DNA from: Bugula neritina
Lineage: Eukaryota; Animalia; Bryozoa
Length of the DNA: 64,000 nucleotides
Direction: 5' to 3'
Assembly (NCBI GenBank): GCA_964035545.1
Contig: OZ037768.1
Location: 10,820,741-10,884,740, forward strand
Part shown: piece by piece, positions 13,904-49,049 of the stretch
Layout: each line of letters starts with the position of its first letter
Numbering within the stretch: position 1 is the first letter of the stretch
Program-made: the position numbers and the translations under genes
The notes under the pieces: generated by a model
Databases searched by the model: none
Seen by the model: only the letters and a program-made list of their open reading frames with translations
What the model was told of the DNA's origin: nothing

Positions 13904-15099
13904 TGTTTTGCTGTTTCAACAACTTATTATATAAATAATTGTAATAATAGAAGACTCAAATGTCTAGATTTAAATGCAGTAAGAAATTGTGGTTATATTT
14001 TAATTTCTTCTCAAGTTGTTTTTGGTTGCAATTAAAAAAAATAATTATCACTACATCTATGATGCATCTTTACATAATAAGATAATAAACCATGTGAAAA
14101 ACTATTTTCAACACATGTTATTGCAATATATTATCTAGCTTAGTCATCACTCTGTTTCCTACTATGATGTATAATGACTGAATAAGATACAGGTGTAAGG
14201 GAATCAGTGTTATATAGCAAAACTTCACTGTTCATTGGGCTTTGAAATATACTCAAACCCTTCCACCATTGTGATGCTTTTGTACAACATATAAAATATG
14301 AATTACATATTAACAGATTTATATTAAGTTTACTAGTGAAATTGGCTTTTTAATAATTATTCTATTAGTGTTATATACTTTTACTAATAAAACACATGCT
14401 TGTTCTATTTAAACTATTATTAGCTACCAGAGAAATGGTACCCAGAAAACACTTTTATATTAGTTATAACTCAAACTCCTAAGTTCGTCTTCAGATCTAC
14501 TTCAGAAAGTATCAACTTTAATATGGTGCACCAAACTACTGATAAATGTTTCCTTAATTTATCTATTCCTTTACTTTGCAGGTATGATTTCTTCAATATT
14601 TAACCAAAGAGGCTTGACTGTTGCTAATATACTTATTGAAATAAAGATTCCATTACTTAGAGTAGCACTGTATTATTAACATGTATATATGCAGCTTATG
14701 TTATCTTAAGAAACAAGATCGCAGACAATTGGCTACTGGCTAGATAGACAAAGAGTTTAAATTTATTTAAAATATTATTGTTATATGATTATAATATATA
14801 TAGCTAATTAGCATGTAGCATGTCATCAGTGAAGACTTAATTTTAATATGAACTACTTACCTCTCAATGGCTCTAACAAAATGACCTCACATAAAAGTTG
14901 TTATATTTTGTATCTCAAAAGGGTGTTATTTTATGTTTTCTACTTTAAATACATGATGTTTATAGTATAATATCTTTTTTTTATCAGTTATATAGGAGAT
15001 TCTGCATGTAGCAATATAGCCTTCGTTCAGGCATTTCTGCAAAATTCTGTAGCTATTCTGCTAAAAGTTGCCGTTCTAGATGCTACAAGAAAAAAGGGA

Positions 15100-15547
15100 T
15101 TCATCCCAGATAAAAGCTTTCCAGTTAGACGCTATTTATTTTGCACCGTACCATTACATTCAGTAATATACCTATAATGTATACCCATATAAATGTTGCA
15201 TTGATTGCTAAATAGCTTTAGCTAATAGCTGGGATAATATTCCAATTTTCACAAATATGTTTATGGGAGGGGGGGGGGAAGAACTAATACATTATTACAA
15301 GATATTATCTTTAATGAATACTTATTAGCGAAATATCTTTGCAAGCAACAAGAAGTATAGAAAATGCAAAATTAACATGTTGATGCAGATCAAAGAAATT
15401 TATTTATGTACTAAATAACAAGCAATTGATCCAAGTTAAATATACATATATTTCAATAGTATTTAAATGATTTGCACGTAGAATGTATATATATTGTACT
15501 AAAATAAATAAGTAGCGTCTAACTGGGAAGAGTCTGTCTGGAATGAA
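15100..15547. mobile_element. MITE-like element with ~45-bp imperfect terminal inverted repeats
   Basis: Left ttcatcccagata..ccagttagacgctatttatttt pairs with right aaaataaata..tagcgtctaactgg..tctggaatgaa. Confidence 0.6.
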
Positions 15548-15989
15548 ACTCAAAAAAGTGCTGCCTTAGAGAATATCAGGTACCACTTTTGAAGAAGCAA
15601 TATGCCACCTATCAGTTTTCAGTCATAACTTTTTTGAGAGATATTTTTTTAGAAGTACAGCATTTACAAAAAATATTTTGAATATTCAACTCAAATTACT
15701 CAAGTAGTTGCATATTTAGAGTTTTATAATACTCCTTTGAAAATTGGTCAACCTCTGTATGTCCACCCCTTTCAAGCAAGAACCCCCCTAGATTATACAA
15801 AAAAAGTTACTTGCAGATTTGAAACTAGTAGAATGTTGGCTTCACATTGATATATAGCAACAGAGGTTGACAATAATGTGCTCCACCAGCTCATTTTTGC
15901 ATTTTGGCACCCTAAATATGTGAAAAAACTTTGATGGAAAGGAGTTTTTGTTAAATTGTGCTAAGGACTTATTCATAGCTTGTAGTATA

Positions 15990-16052
15990 ACTGCCCCACC
16001 CAGACTCGAATCCCATACCTCTGGCTTGTAAGCATGGGAGCTAATCACAGGG
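15990..16052 (-). mobile_element. Degenerate tRNA-derived SINE head
   Basis: Minus strand reads ..gcttacaagccagaggtatgggattcgagtc.. with a B-box-like motif; shares gcttRcaagcc with 46663-46716. Confidence 0.4.
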
Positions 16053-16481
16053 GCATTGAGTTTCCTAACATCCTACCCAAATCTCTCTAGAACTGCACTG
16101 ACCCCCACATACTCTGTCAGTTTGTGGGCTCCACTCGCCACTCAACCTATTAAGAGTCCTTTTACAACACAAGGTCAAAATAGCTTGAAAAACAGGGGAA
16201 ACAAACAAGGTAGCCTTGCTAGATCTGATTGTATTAGTTTATAAACTCAAAATTCAAATTTTTTTTATGTTTTACTATAATCAAGCAGTTGCCATGCAGA
16301 ATAGTGCGAGATTAGTTTATATATTTTCTCAGCTATTTAAATGCAATAAATACTGAAAGCTAAATAGCCAGATATTGCGCTGAGCTTTGGATTTAATATT
16401 TTACTGCTTTTATTCAGTCAAAAATGTTGGTGGGGGAAACAATTATTTCAAAGTTTTAGTTTCTCTACTTAAGTTATAAAA

Positions 16482-18299
16482 ATGCTGAATATAAAGTTAC
16501 AGAGTTTGGATGGGAAGGTGTTTGAGCTTGATGTGGAGATACTCAAGCAGTCTATATTTCTGAAGAACATGTTTGAACTTCTTGGAGAGGGTGATGGCGA
16601 AGATGATGATCCTTTGATCTTGCCTAACGTAGATGCTGCTACTTTAGATAAAGTCATTCAATGGTGCACTTATCACAAGGTGAGTGAAATCAGATATTAC
16701 TTCCAGTAAATAATTGAATATATTATATTAGCCACTTATTGAGTATCTTTCTTCAATGTGAAACAAGAGTTAATTTGAAACCGTAAGATATCCAGCTCTG
16801 TAATTTGGAATATTTTTACACATAAACTTTGAATGCATTTTATCTGCACCAGAAAGCATTATTACTACTGCATGTAGTTTAATTTGTATATTAAGTTTTG
16901 TATGTCAATTAAATGTAAGCAACATAAAGATTTTTTTGACTGTTTTGCTATCTTTATCCACCATTGTGTTCTAGCATAATCATTCAAACCAATTCTTCTA
17001 AAATGTCATATGAACTACATTATATTTTTCTCTTTCCGTTTAAATATTTACATATGCTACAAAATAGTTTGTATAAACTTAACATAGCACCGTGTACCAA
17101 GTGGCTATAAGCCTAAAGTTGTGTTTTATAGTACCTCTCCTGAAAACAGTGTTTCAGTTGATATAAATGCAACCTATAACACGCTTGCAAAAGTTGTTAT
17201 AAACATTCCTTCATTTGCTTTAGGATGACCAGTTTTCAGAGTGTGACATCAGATCAAAGAGAACAGATGATATCAGCTCATGGGACAAGCAGTTCTTTGA
17301 CCTAGACCAGGGAACTCTCTTTGATTTGATCTTGGTGAGAACCTTTTATAGTGAGTTCAGGGGTGTCCAAACTATTGGAGCAGAGTTACTGAAATGAAAT
17401 ATTTCAGCAGTCAGGGCCACTCTGCAAAGTTAAGCTTAAGCTGGGGTATACAGTATCAGTATTTTTCAATTTAATTACTATTTACCAGATTCCTATAAAT
17501 CCCTCAGAAATGAATTCCAATAATAACTGCATGCTACGTGCTTTGTAACATGTATATAAAAAGATGTAACCATCTTTGAGTGTTGGTTTATCAAAGATAT
17601 AAATTACTTATAAAACAATGATTTTGCCGAAAGATTGCTATGCACATCATGTATTTGTTCCTAATATAGATATGTAAATAGATGCAAGGAGATGTTTGGA
17701 TAATAACTGGTATCTTTGTTGCAGGCAGCCAACTATTTGGACATACCAAGTTTATTGACTATCGGTTGTAAGACTGTACCCAATATGATTAAAGGGAAAA
17801 CTTCTGAGGAGATAAGGAAAACTTTTAATATCAAAAATAACTTTGCTCCTGCTGAAAAATATCAGGTATAATATTCCTTTTTGCTACAGTGAATACCATA
17901 TAACAATTATCTGAATTTTTTTAGCTCTCTTTAGTTATACTTAATATTTCAGTTATTAGTTTATTTGTATAGCTTAATTTCACAGCAATATGCACATTTC
18001 CTAAATACACCCTTGCAAAATCATGAAGCATTTGTAGTGTTGTTGTGGCAATTAGGGTACATAATAAATTGTGTGTGCTTTACATAATACTGGTAACAAT
18101 AAACACTGTATACATGTATATCTTTTAGATTGAAAGAGAAAACGAATGTTGTGGCAGTGTAATGCCCCCACTATCACCCCTACATATATGGCATCATCAC
18201 CTTATAGCATATTATATGAGAATTAATAATGTTTATTTATTGTATTATGTACAGGTGTGTATACAAAGCAGTATAAAGGTCTTGGTTCTAGTCTGTTAA
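16482..18299 (+). CDS. SKP1: Divergent Skp1 paralog (Skp1b, ~206 aa including a ~45-aa C-terminal extension)
   Basis: Exons 16482-16679, 17224-17334, 17725-17865, 18129-18299, with the same intron positions as the neighbouring Skp1. Motifs [63 protein letters not shown]. Confidence 0.88.
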
Positions 18300-19771
18300 T
18301 TATAAATGGTCTTCTTTGAAAATAAAATTGGACAAAATTTACAACAAAGCTGGTTTCATTTATTCTCTGAGTTGAAGAAACTCAAAAACACTTACAGCTA
18401 TAAAGAAGCTAAGTATGTGTTGTTATGCAGTAATATATGTGGATAGAATTAATCAACTGAAGGCTGCTTTCAACAACATCCTGCTTACTGTAGGTCAAGA
18501 TGATGTACATATATTATACTCAATAACTACACTTCATGAAAATAGGGCTGGGGTACAGCTAAAAGACATTTCTATCTAGAATTTCCAATTTCTCAAAAAA
18601 GCCAGCTAGAGCAAATAAATCAAAAGGGAAATTTTAACCAGACTATAGTTATTGCAGCAACAGTCATTTTTCATATAGCAGTTAGCACTCATGAATTCCC
18701 AAAGCATAAGTTAACTTGCTAACATACAATTAGGGTTCTAAAATTGCCCAGCAAATAATGCCTTCTCTCCAAACCTGTTATAATCTATTCTTTAATACTT
18801 TAATTTCCTCTAATTATATACTATCAATCTAATTATAAATAGTAACACAGCTTGTTTTCATAAAATTTGGTAGCCCTCCTGACTAAAATATTTGCCAAAT
18901 AATCAAAAGTTACATCACAGCTACAGATAATTACTCTAGTCTCAATAAACTTACACCTGGTTACTCAGTGCAGGCTGACAATGGCTGATGGCAGTTACAA
19001 AAGATTAACTGGTTGTGGTCTAATCACTTTTATTCTAAAAACTTTGTATTTAACTGACACTTTCAGTGCCCCCACCTATCATTGTGTTTACCAGAAGCTG
19101 GTGTGGAGGTTGTTTCAGTAGAATATATTTCAAGCACACTTTTCATAAGGTAAATATTGTTGTTATTTCATTTATTTATTTATTTTTGCCATATTGACTT
19201 TAAAATCATTTTAAAAATGGCAGGCTGTGGCCAGAGGTATGTGCTGTAGTTACTTTGTGCTTTTAAAGTCTTTGGCTCATCTTGTAGAGAAAATATTTTT
19301 GTTATTAGCCCCGAATTTCAAAAAAAAACCTACGATATATTATTTTATAAGAATTTAATTTTTAAGTCTTAGTAAACTCAATAGTACACTGTACAGTATT
19401 AGTGTAATTATAATCACAATGTATATAAATTTCATTTTAAAGCTATAAATAAGCAGTACTCTACAGCTTTTCATGGTTTTAAAATATGAATTGTGGTTTT
19501 GAATACAAAAACTCTCAATTTTGAGTGGAATTTTTGATATTATCATTATGGCACAGGGTACTTTGAATTTGTTAGAACATTTTGGCTTTAGCGAAATTTT
19601 TATGAAATTAAAAGTTTTAGATTTGAAAAATTAAGCAACTACTGTGGGTGTATATAACTGGTATATAGCTATATTCATGATATACATAACAGAAGTAGGG
19701 CATTTCTGAGCTTTATAGTAAATGTATAAAATTAAGATGTATAAAAACCTTTAAATCCTTTATATTGAAAG

Positions 19772-21801
<2,030 letters not shown>

Positions 21802-22385
21802 AGAGTTCTTACTTCTTCAGGAATAGAAAGGACACATCACTACCAACTATCAGTTGTGGACACTTATGTAATACTGTTACCCAGTTCGCTATTTATTATC
21901 AATAGTTAGCTGACATTTTATTTGGTTGATAAAAAGGATACTTTGAGTTGAACTTTTCTGTTAAATAATCTCATTAATGGATTTTGAGTATTGTATTATA
22001 ATAGAGGAAAGCTTGTTGTATGAAGTAGCATATAAATTTCAAGTGACTGATACATGTTTATTATTTTAAATAAAAAGTGATAAAATTATGTTAGGCTCGT
22101 ATTCATATGGATATAACTGTGGTATTGTAGGAGAAAAATCATGCTTATGTAGCCTAAAAAATAGATTCCAGCAAGATACCCATCCCCTTGTGTAATACTG
22201 CTAACAGCAGGCTAAAGTGGAAGTGCATTTTATAAATCTTGGTGTTATTTTCTTTATAAAGAAGATAACTCTTGACTGAAACTTCATAACTTATTATTGA
22301 ACTCTCAAGCAAGCCATCTCATACAGACTGACATATTCTAAATGATTAAACAACAAATTTTTCAACCACTAGACTATGAGGGTCC

Positions 22386-22790
22386 TTTTACTTAATTTAG
22401 TACGCACTGGAAATCTACAGTTTTTACCTATTTTTTACAGTTCAGCTGCTAATGAACATGGGTTTTTGCCCAAAATTAGTGAGACATCAAGAAATACACC
22501 TAAATAATCAAGGTTCTTCTTAATTTTGCATGATTTCCCATGTTTTTCCTATTTATTCATCTTATTTGGATTGCGGACTGTTACGAAATAACCGTAGCGA
22601 TCCGCAATTAGAAGTAGCTGTAATTAGAAAAAAACATGGGAAATCAAAGAAAATTAAAAAGAACTTTGATTATTTAGGTGTATTTATTGATATTTTGTTA
22701 GTTTTGGGCAAAAACCCATGTTCATTAGCAGCTAAATTGTAAAAAATAGCTAAAACTTGAGATTTCCAGTATGTACTAATTAAAGTAAAA
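22386..22790. mobile_element. Foldback/MITE-like palindromic element with ~190-bp arms
   Basis: Left ttttacttaatttagtac..agctgctaatgaacatgggtttttgcccaaaa..tacacctaaataatcaa mirrors right ttgattatttaggtgta..ttttgggcaaaaacccatgttcattagcagct..gtactaattaaagtaaaa. Confidence 0.85.
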
Positions 22791-22939
22791 TGAACAATGA
22801 TAGAATTAAATAGCAAAAGGAATTTACAATGCTTGAACATTAGACCACAGAAAATTGATTCTTTTAAAGCTATGAACTCAACATCTTAGAGTCCGAAACT
22901 TCTAGACTTTATCTATTATTTTCATGGTTAGGACACAAG

Positions 22940-25900
22940 TTAAAACATTAATTATAAAGTTTTCAACATATTTGCAAAAGCTATATCTCTTCACGTGACA
23001 TTAGAATATACTACTAGACAAAAACTTTAGATTTATAATTGCGTTTATTGGAAGTAATCATGTCTTATTTTTGTTAATTAATAACATGATGATTACTTTT
23101 TTATTAGAATAGCTTCAGATATTAATATCCAGCTAACAGCTTATGTTAACAGTTATTCCTCATCCTATGCAGAGAGAACACAACTCTAGATAAGAACAAC
23201 TTATTAGAAGGATTGTAGGGTAGGATGTAGGCATGCGTGGTTATAAGTAATAAAATCTATTCTATGAGATAAAGCAGAGGTAGGGGAGATGCAAGTTTTT
23301 GCTACAAGTAAAAGTGATAAATGTTTGTGTAATCATTGTTTAGGAATCATTTATGAGTAGTGATTTGGGTTTCAAATATACATGCAGGTAACAATTTGTA
23401 TAGCAGATTTAATGTATAAATGAATATATGTGCCAGTTTGATAAATTCAATATATTTTATTTAATAATATATTTTATTTAATAATATGTTTCTTAACTAA
23501 CAAACTCACAAAGTAGAGAAGTCAGTTGTTTCAAGAATATGGTTTATAATAACTCAAATTTATTCATATACTCTGTAAATTATAGTTATTAATTTGCTAG
23601 TTTACCCATAATATATTGACTGGAGATAAACATTCAGAAAATAAAACAAAAAATAATTGAAGTGTCACTATAGAAGAGATTTCAAGCAACTAAAACAGCT
23701 AGGCTAGATAAACTTCAATAAAGTATATAACACAGCATGCATATTTGCATGATTTGGTCTCTGAGCAGCCTAACACTGAAATAGAAAAGAGACAAAGAGG
23801 ATTCTATTAAAATGTTATAGCGAAGTTTCCAGAAGATAAGTCGTGAGCATCTGTTGACTGAGCAGTTCATCTACACATCAGATAGTATTAGCTGTAGCCT
23901 GGAATGGCTTGTGTAGAATATCTAGATAATGAACAGAGAAATTAAATAATGGGAACTATTTGAGTATGAAATAAGACAACAAACCAAAATGAACAAGAAA
24001 CAGGTTTGCAATGACAGCTACTGAGTGTAATATGATATACAGCAGATTCTAAATAAGAAAAAACTAAAATTTCTTAAAAATTCTGTTCAAATTGAGCTCT
24101 AACCTTATTTGTTGCTCTGAAAACAGCAGCAGAAAAACTTCAAAAATCGATTTCTTCGGCTCTGGGGTGTGACCGATTCTTGAACTGATTCAAACTCTAC
24201 AAATTATAGCATCTCTTTTGACATATATTAATAATAGCTCTATTGACTTTGTATTGGTTTTATTGTATATCAGCTGTTTCACAAAGTTATGGTAAATAAA
24301 ACTGATGGAAAACTTTATTGCCTCGACTGACTTGATCATATTTTGAAAACTATTTTAAGTCTTATCTAAGTACAACTTCATTTTCAGTGTTTCATAATAT
24401 CAATGACAAGTAATAAAAAATAACTTAAGTTTTCTTGTTGCAATTCTAGAGAATTATCGTCAAAAAGATCAATATCAATAGCCAAATACTTACTAATTGC
24501 TCTAATATTTCACTATATTTATCAGGAATAAACATTTTAATAATAAAACCTTTTGCTACATATATCAAATATACTGACCACTATGTCCTTCATTAGGTGA
24601 TTCAATAGACTTTTGTAGTTGTCTCTCCCTGACTGCTTGTCTGACACTGTTGGGAGAAGGAGGGTCTCCACCAGCTGCTAAAGTTTGTGTTACAAAACAT
24701 ATCAAGTGTGTTGCAGCTTAAAATTGTTAGTTGAATACTACTTTAACACTTTTTATAATACACCAGCTAGTTTTTTATTTTAAATGAAAAAAAATTGTTT
24801 TCTAATATTAAATTTGCAATGTTAGTCAGCAGTGGCAATTACATTTATTCAAACTTGTGTGGATAAACAGAACAGAGGAGCTTAATATAGAACCGCAATT
24901 GTAAGCTTTAATGGCCATATTTTCAGAATCATATTTATCTCTGTTATTATTTCAAACTACTTCAAATCTTGTTATTTTGTGATAAAATTATTTTCTTAGC
25001 TTTAATATTTACCAGACATATAGGAAAGTATTGGAAGTTGTCCCTCATCAGCTTTGTGGTTTTGGGCAAAACTTTGTCTCACATATCTTTTCTTTCTATC
25101 AGCATCTTTTCTATTTTGCGTAGCTGGCTGTGGCAAAAGCTTCTTTGTCATCGCATCTAATGAATAACAGTAAGTTAATTTAAAATTCGAACTCTCTTTA
25201 TTGTTATTTCTCTTTACAAAGTTCAAAACTGCTCAACAAAAAGAAAATAATTATATTATACCATTGCAATCCATGAGTTTTTTAGTGGCAAGTGGTAATG
25301 AGTTTACTTCCACTTTCTCTCCCGAAATACGTGTGTCTTGAGCTTTTTTCTGTGCTTGTCTGAGTTTAGTGGGAGTGGCTTGTTTTATCTCTTTCCCCAA
25401 ACCTTTAGTGGACTTCACTATCTTGTAGAGTTCTGTATCAGTGTTTGCTGTAACATTGCATTACAAATGGTTTCATGTAGAAACTTATGCTAAAGATAAT
25501 ATAAAATGATACCATAAGCTTTCCAAGTTTAAAACAAGATAGTAAACTGGAATAAAGTTGGTGCGTAGCTTATACTAAAGATAGTATAAAATGACGCCAT
25601 AGACTTTCCAAGCTTAAAGTTGCGTTTACATCTCTGCTGAAGGCAACTTAAAACAAGGTAATAAACTGGAAAAGAGGAGATGAGTAGCTAATTTAACTTA
25701 CGCATAATAATGTCCGGGCGAAGGTGAAGCTTGTTCATTTTTGGCCGAGCTCCAGTCCCTTCAAACTTTTTCAGGAAGTCTTTTAGCATTATTGGCTCTA
25801 AGGTATGATTAAACAACGGAGCTGGTTTTCTGGAGAGACTCGATTTTTTTTCTGGTTCTAACTGCTCTGTGGGATGCAGAGAAAGAGAAACTGGTATGTT

Positions 25901-27082
25901 AGATGTGGACCTCCCATGCCAGCAGGCACCTGCACATCCACACTCATTCCAGGGCCAATTCTCATCTATCACACTTTCAACTTCATTGGTTGTGCATGAT
26001 CCTAGTTCTTGATACACCTGAGTTTTGATTGGTTTCACAACAGCTTTAAAATTGCTTGGTGTAAGTTCACAAGAGAACAAGGGGGTGTGTGTTGAAAGTG
26101 AATCCGCCTTCTTTAAATCCTTTAAATCATTTTTCTTTTTGTCCTTGCTGTCACCAAACAAAAATCCATTTAGTCAAACACCACTTAAACATGTAAGATG
26201 CTGCATTAAGCTGTATTATATTATTATAACACTCCTCTTGTAGAAAGTTTTAATATCCCATTTCATAATTGAACTACCAACATCTTGGTATTAGGGGATT
26301 CACAGGAAATATATCTGTTTGAAACCAACACTTACCTTTGACTGTCCAGAGCTTTAGTTGTCAGCTGAGAATATTCTTTAAAGAGTAGTCCAATAAAAAT
26401 AAAGTTATAGAATATCACCTCCAAATGACTGTAACAAATAATTATCACACTCAATTAGGTAAATATTTTCCAATGTTGAATTACCGCAAAACTTTAAGAA
26501 ATTAAAACATAAACATCAAAAAAATTGTCAACTGATAATAATAGCAGGAAATTATTTAACTTATTATTATATTCATTGAAGAATAAACTTACAAATATAA
26601 CTCCACTGCCAGGTGAGTGGATACTAGCAGGTTGATCCAAAAGATAAATAGAAGCAAAAACATATTTGACTTTATGATCAAAAGTTGCATAAAAAGCACG
26701 AAACGCTCACATTTAGTTGCAGCAATAAACCTCAACTTTGTTAACTCAGCAAACGTGCAATTAAGGCATCATTGTGTCATTCATTATGTCATCACTCATT
26801 ATTGAAAATTTTTTGAATATTTCGTTTAGCTGTTTTAGCAACATATTTAAATACTTGTAATGATAGAAGACTGAAGTGTTTAAATTTAAATGCATTAAGG
26901 AGTTATGGTTATATACAAATTTCTTCTTAAATTGTTCTTGTTTGCATTTAAAAAGAAAAACCTTTTTGGCTACATTTATAATGCATTTTTATATAACTAT
27001 ATAATCAACCTTGTGAAAACTATATTTCTTATACATATCAGTAATGCATATTATTTAGCCCAGTCATCACTCTGTTTCCTAC
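22940..27082. repeat. Segmental duplication copy 2 containing gene X2
   Basis: Colinear with 10575-14162, plus ~365 bp of extra sequence around 24870-25235 and smaller indels. Confidence 0.93.
24105..26663 (-). CDS. Orphan protein X2 (~389 aa), paralog of X1 with one extra exon
   Basis: Exons 26663-26593, 26428-26336, 26147-25702, 25447-25262, 25156-25013, 24716-24579, 24196-24105 form one open frame from MFLLLFIFWINLLVSTHLAVELY to SRRNRFLKFFCCCFQSNK*. Confidence 0.82.
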
Positions 27083-28142
27083 ACTTCCTGTTGTACCAAA
27101 ATGAATTCTTGGCTTGCAACAAAGCTGCAAGCCCTGATGTGCATTGCTTATTTGCTGCTATTATTTTAGTTTGATCAATGCAAAGATTAAATTTTTATTA
27201 CTGTAGCTGGGGAATGGGAATCATTTTCTTAAGTCAGTTCATAAAATGAAAAGACATAAAATATTTTAAAACAAGATATGAAGGTATATTAGAAAAAGGT
27301 TCGTTTGAAATTTAAACCCCTTGGCACTGTCAAATGTAATTTTTACCTGATAGTCTCGAATTAGGAGTTGTGTCTCCGATGAGAAGATAAAATAACCTCA
27401 AGTACTTGTTTGTAAAGCTTACATGCTCAATGCACCTTTTTAGAGCAGATTGCCTTTACAGTCTTGAGGTTATTGGTATTTCTAATTAAGCTTTTGCATC
27501 TGATAAAAGTAAATGCTAAATTAATTTGACTCATATATATGAAACTGTTGCAGAGTTTCAAAAGCGTTTGCCCATTTTGGAGAAATATACACCAATATAT
27601 AAAATTATTGTTAGAATCTGAACTATATATTGACATAATTATAATTTGAAGTTGGTCTACTGCTCTATAGATAAAGAATTTCTCACTATGATTTTAGTTG
27701 TCAGTGTTAGATTGAAGAGGTAATTGGGAGTTTATCTCCGTTTCACCAACTTCAATTAACTTTTGAAAAGTAAAAAGTTTCCATAAGCTGCAAGTCCGTG
27801 TTTCAAGTTGCATGTAATATGCAACGCACAATTAAACATAAACTTATACCAAGCAGTGGGTTTCAAATGACACACTGATAAAATATAAGTTCCTTGTAAC
27901 ATTTTATCAAGTTTGTATGACCAAGAATGCTTATCTGTATGCATAATATTTCACTTGAGTCGTTGTATAAGCCCTTATCACTTTCATCATAACATGTTAG
28001 TACTTAGTAGCATATGATTGCATATTGTGTCATTGGCTTTTATAATACTTATACCTGCTGTAATATCTGCATAATTATTATATACGTGAGGAACTTGCAT
28101 TATAAAGGTACTATTTTTTACTTCAGAAGAACAAAAGCAGCC

Positions 28143-32935
<4,793 letters not shown>

Positions 32936-33857
32936 GTGAGTGTATTATTGTAAAAATCTAAATTATTTAGTAATTCTTTATTTTTCATATTCTTTCATTG
33001 TCTGCTAAACTTTCTACAAGTTTACAAAACATAACAGAGTGGTATAACTCCACAGTATGCTTTTAATGGTGCGTAACTATGTGAACATGCAATAGTTGTC
33101 ATCCCAACATGTTTTTTCACTAAAAGCGCCTTCAGTTGCAGTAGTGGAAAAGCTAAAATAGCTTAAATTTTTTGATTTTTTTAATAATTTTTGGTTTGAG
33201 GCGCAGGTTGAAACTTTTGCGAGCACTCAACTTCTTCTGCGTTACATTTTTAATCTATGAACTAGACTTTTCTCAGTTTCCCTGTTACTGCCCACCCTTT
33301 AAAAACCACAACACAAAGGATCAACTCTATACCTTTCTATCATATTTTGAATTAGTCATAAATTAAAAGTCGGTCAGAATAAGATTTATTATGTATATAA
33401 CAACAATATGTATCACTTGCTTATTTGTCATCTTTTATGCAAAAATTCCGAATATAAACGCTGTCCTTTTCAGATGCTGAAATCTTCATCAGATTTGTAA
33501 AGTTTCCAGAGTTCAAATAGAAATATTCGTCACTCTTTGACCAACGGCTTTATGACTCACGAATGACTCACTAGGAGTTTGATACCGCCCAACAGTGCCT
33601 AGCTAACCACACAGCCTATACTAATCTATATTAATCTACAGTCATTACAATTTTATTAAAAAATAGAGAAAATTGTGTTTTTTCAGATACAAGCACAAAT
33701 TATCAACTATATTTATGTTACAATTTTTAAAAGTCGATAAAAAAATAAAAAATAAATAAAAAAAAGTAATAAAACTAATATATGAATTTGCTAACATTGT
33801 TTAGATGGTGAAGTTACACAGAATATTGTGCCATTAATCAACTATTCCAATTGCTGT

Positions 33858-48106
<14,249 letters not shown>

Positions 48107-49049
48107 AGTGAGGCTTTTAGTCTTAAGCTGAAGTTTGCATAGTAAATGATACTAATTAGTTATGTAGTTTATTAGCTACTAGCTCTACATATTTCTTTAA
48201 AATATTGATTGCGAGTTGACAAGACAAAACAGGCCTGCTTCACTGTGTAACATTAGCAATTATTGTATAACAATGGGATTGATTAACTTTTCATAGCAGC
48301 CAAGTTGCACAATACACATTCAGAGTTATCTTCTGCCAGCCAGTTGAAGGAAGTACACTGAATGATGCATTCTGGTATAAAAGGCAGTATTATGTTGAAT
48401 TGAAACAGCTGGTAAAGTTTCTAATCAATATTATATAGTTTCAGTTATTTCTGAATTATTTAAAAAATATCAACACTGAGTAGTAGGTTTTTATAAATTA
48501 ATACAAGTATACAATGACAAAATTGCTTAGTATTATGAAAAATGTATCAAATAAAAGAATACAATGGAGCTACTGTAAAGTTTAGCTTAAAACTGAGAAT
48601 AAAAATAGATAAAAAGATAGTTTCTCCGCTAAAAAATTTGGAGTTTAAGTATGATGAGGTAAACAAAAATATTTACAACACATGTAAAAAAAATTAATAT
48701 ACTATATAGAATAATTTAACATATAATACAGCAGAATACAAAATTAAATTATATTATAAAATAAATGTAATGTCATGTCATTCAATACAAGAATCTTTGG
48801 TTTACAGAATTAACATTCGGCCTAATGGTGTGAATTCCTGGCAATAGAATAGTCTTCCTATATACAGTACATCAGATCAAAATATAGTCATGCATAAGTC
48901 AGTTCATGAATTTCTAGGAATTATTGATATGTTTAAAAGTGTAAACAAATGGTAAGCAGGTACATCAGTTTGATAGCAACCTGGCATATGTTGACTTGTG
49001 TTGCTGAGATTTTTATTTGGCACTCAATTGATACGCATACGAGCCCAGA

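Larger units (their letters stand above)
10575..14162. repeat. Segmental duplication copy 1 (direct repeat of ~22940-27082) containing gene X1 and its upstream region
   Basis: Colinear similarity from aaacattaa.tataaagttttcaaca to agtcatcactctgtttcctac in both copies. Confidence 0.93.
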
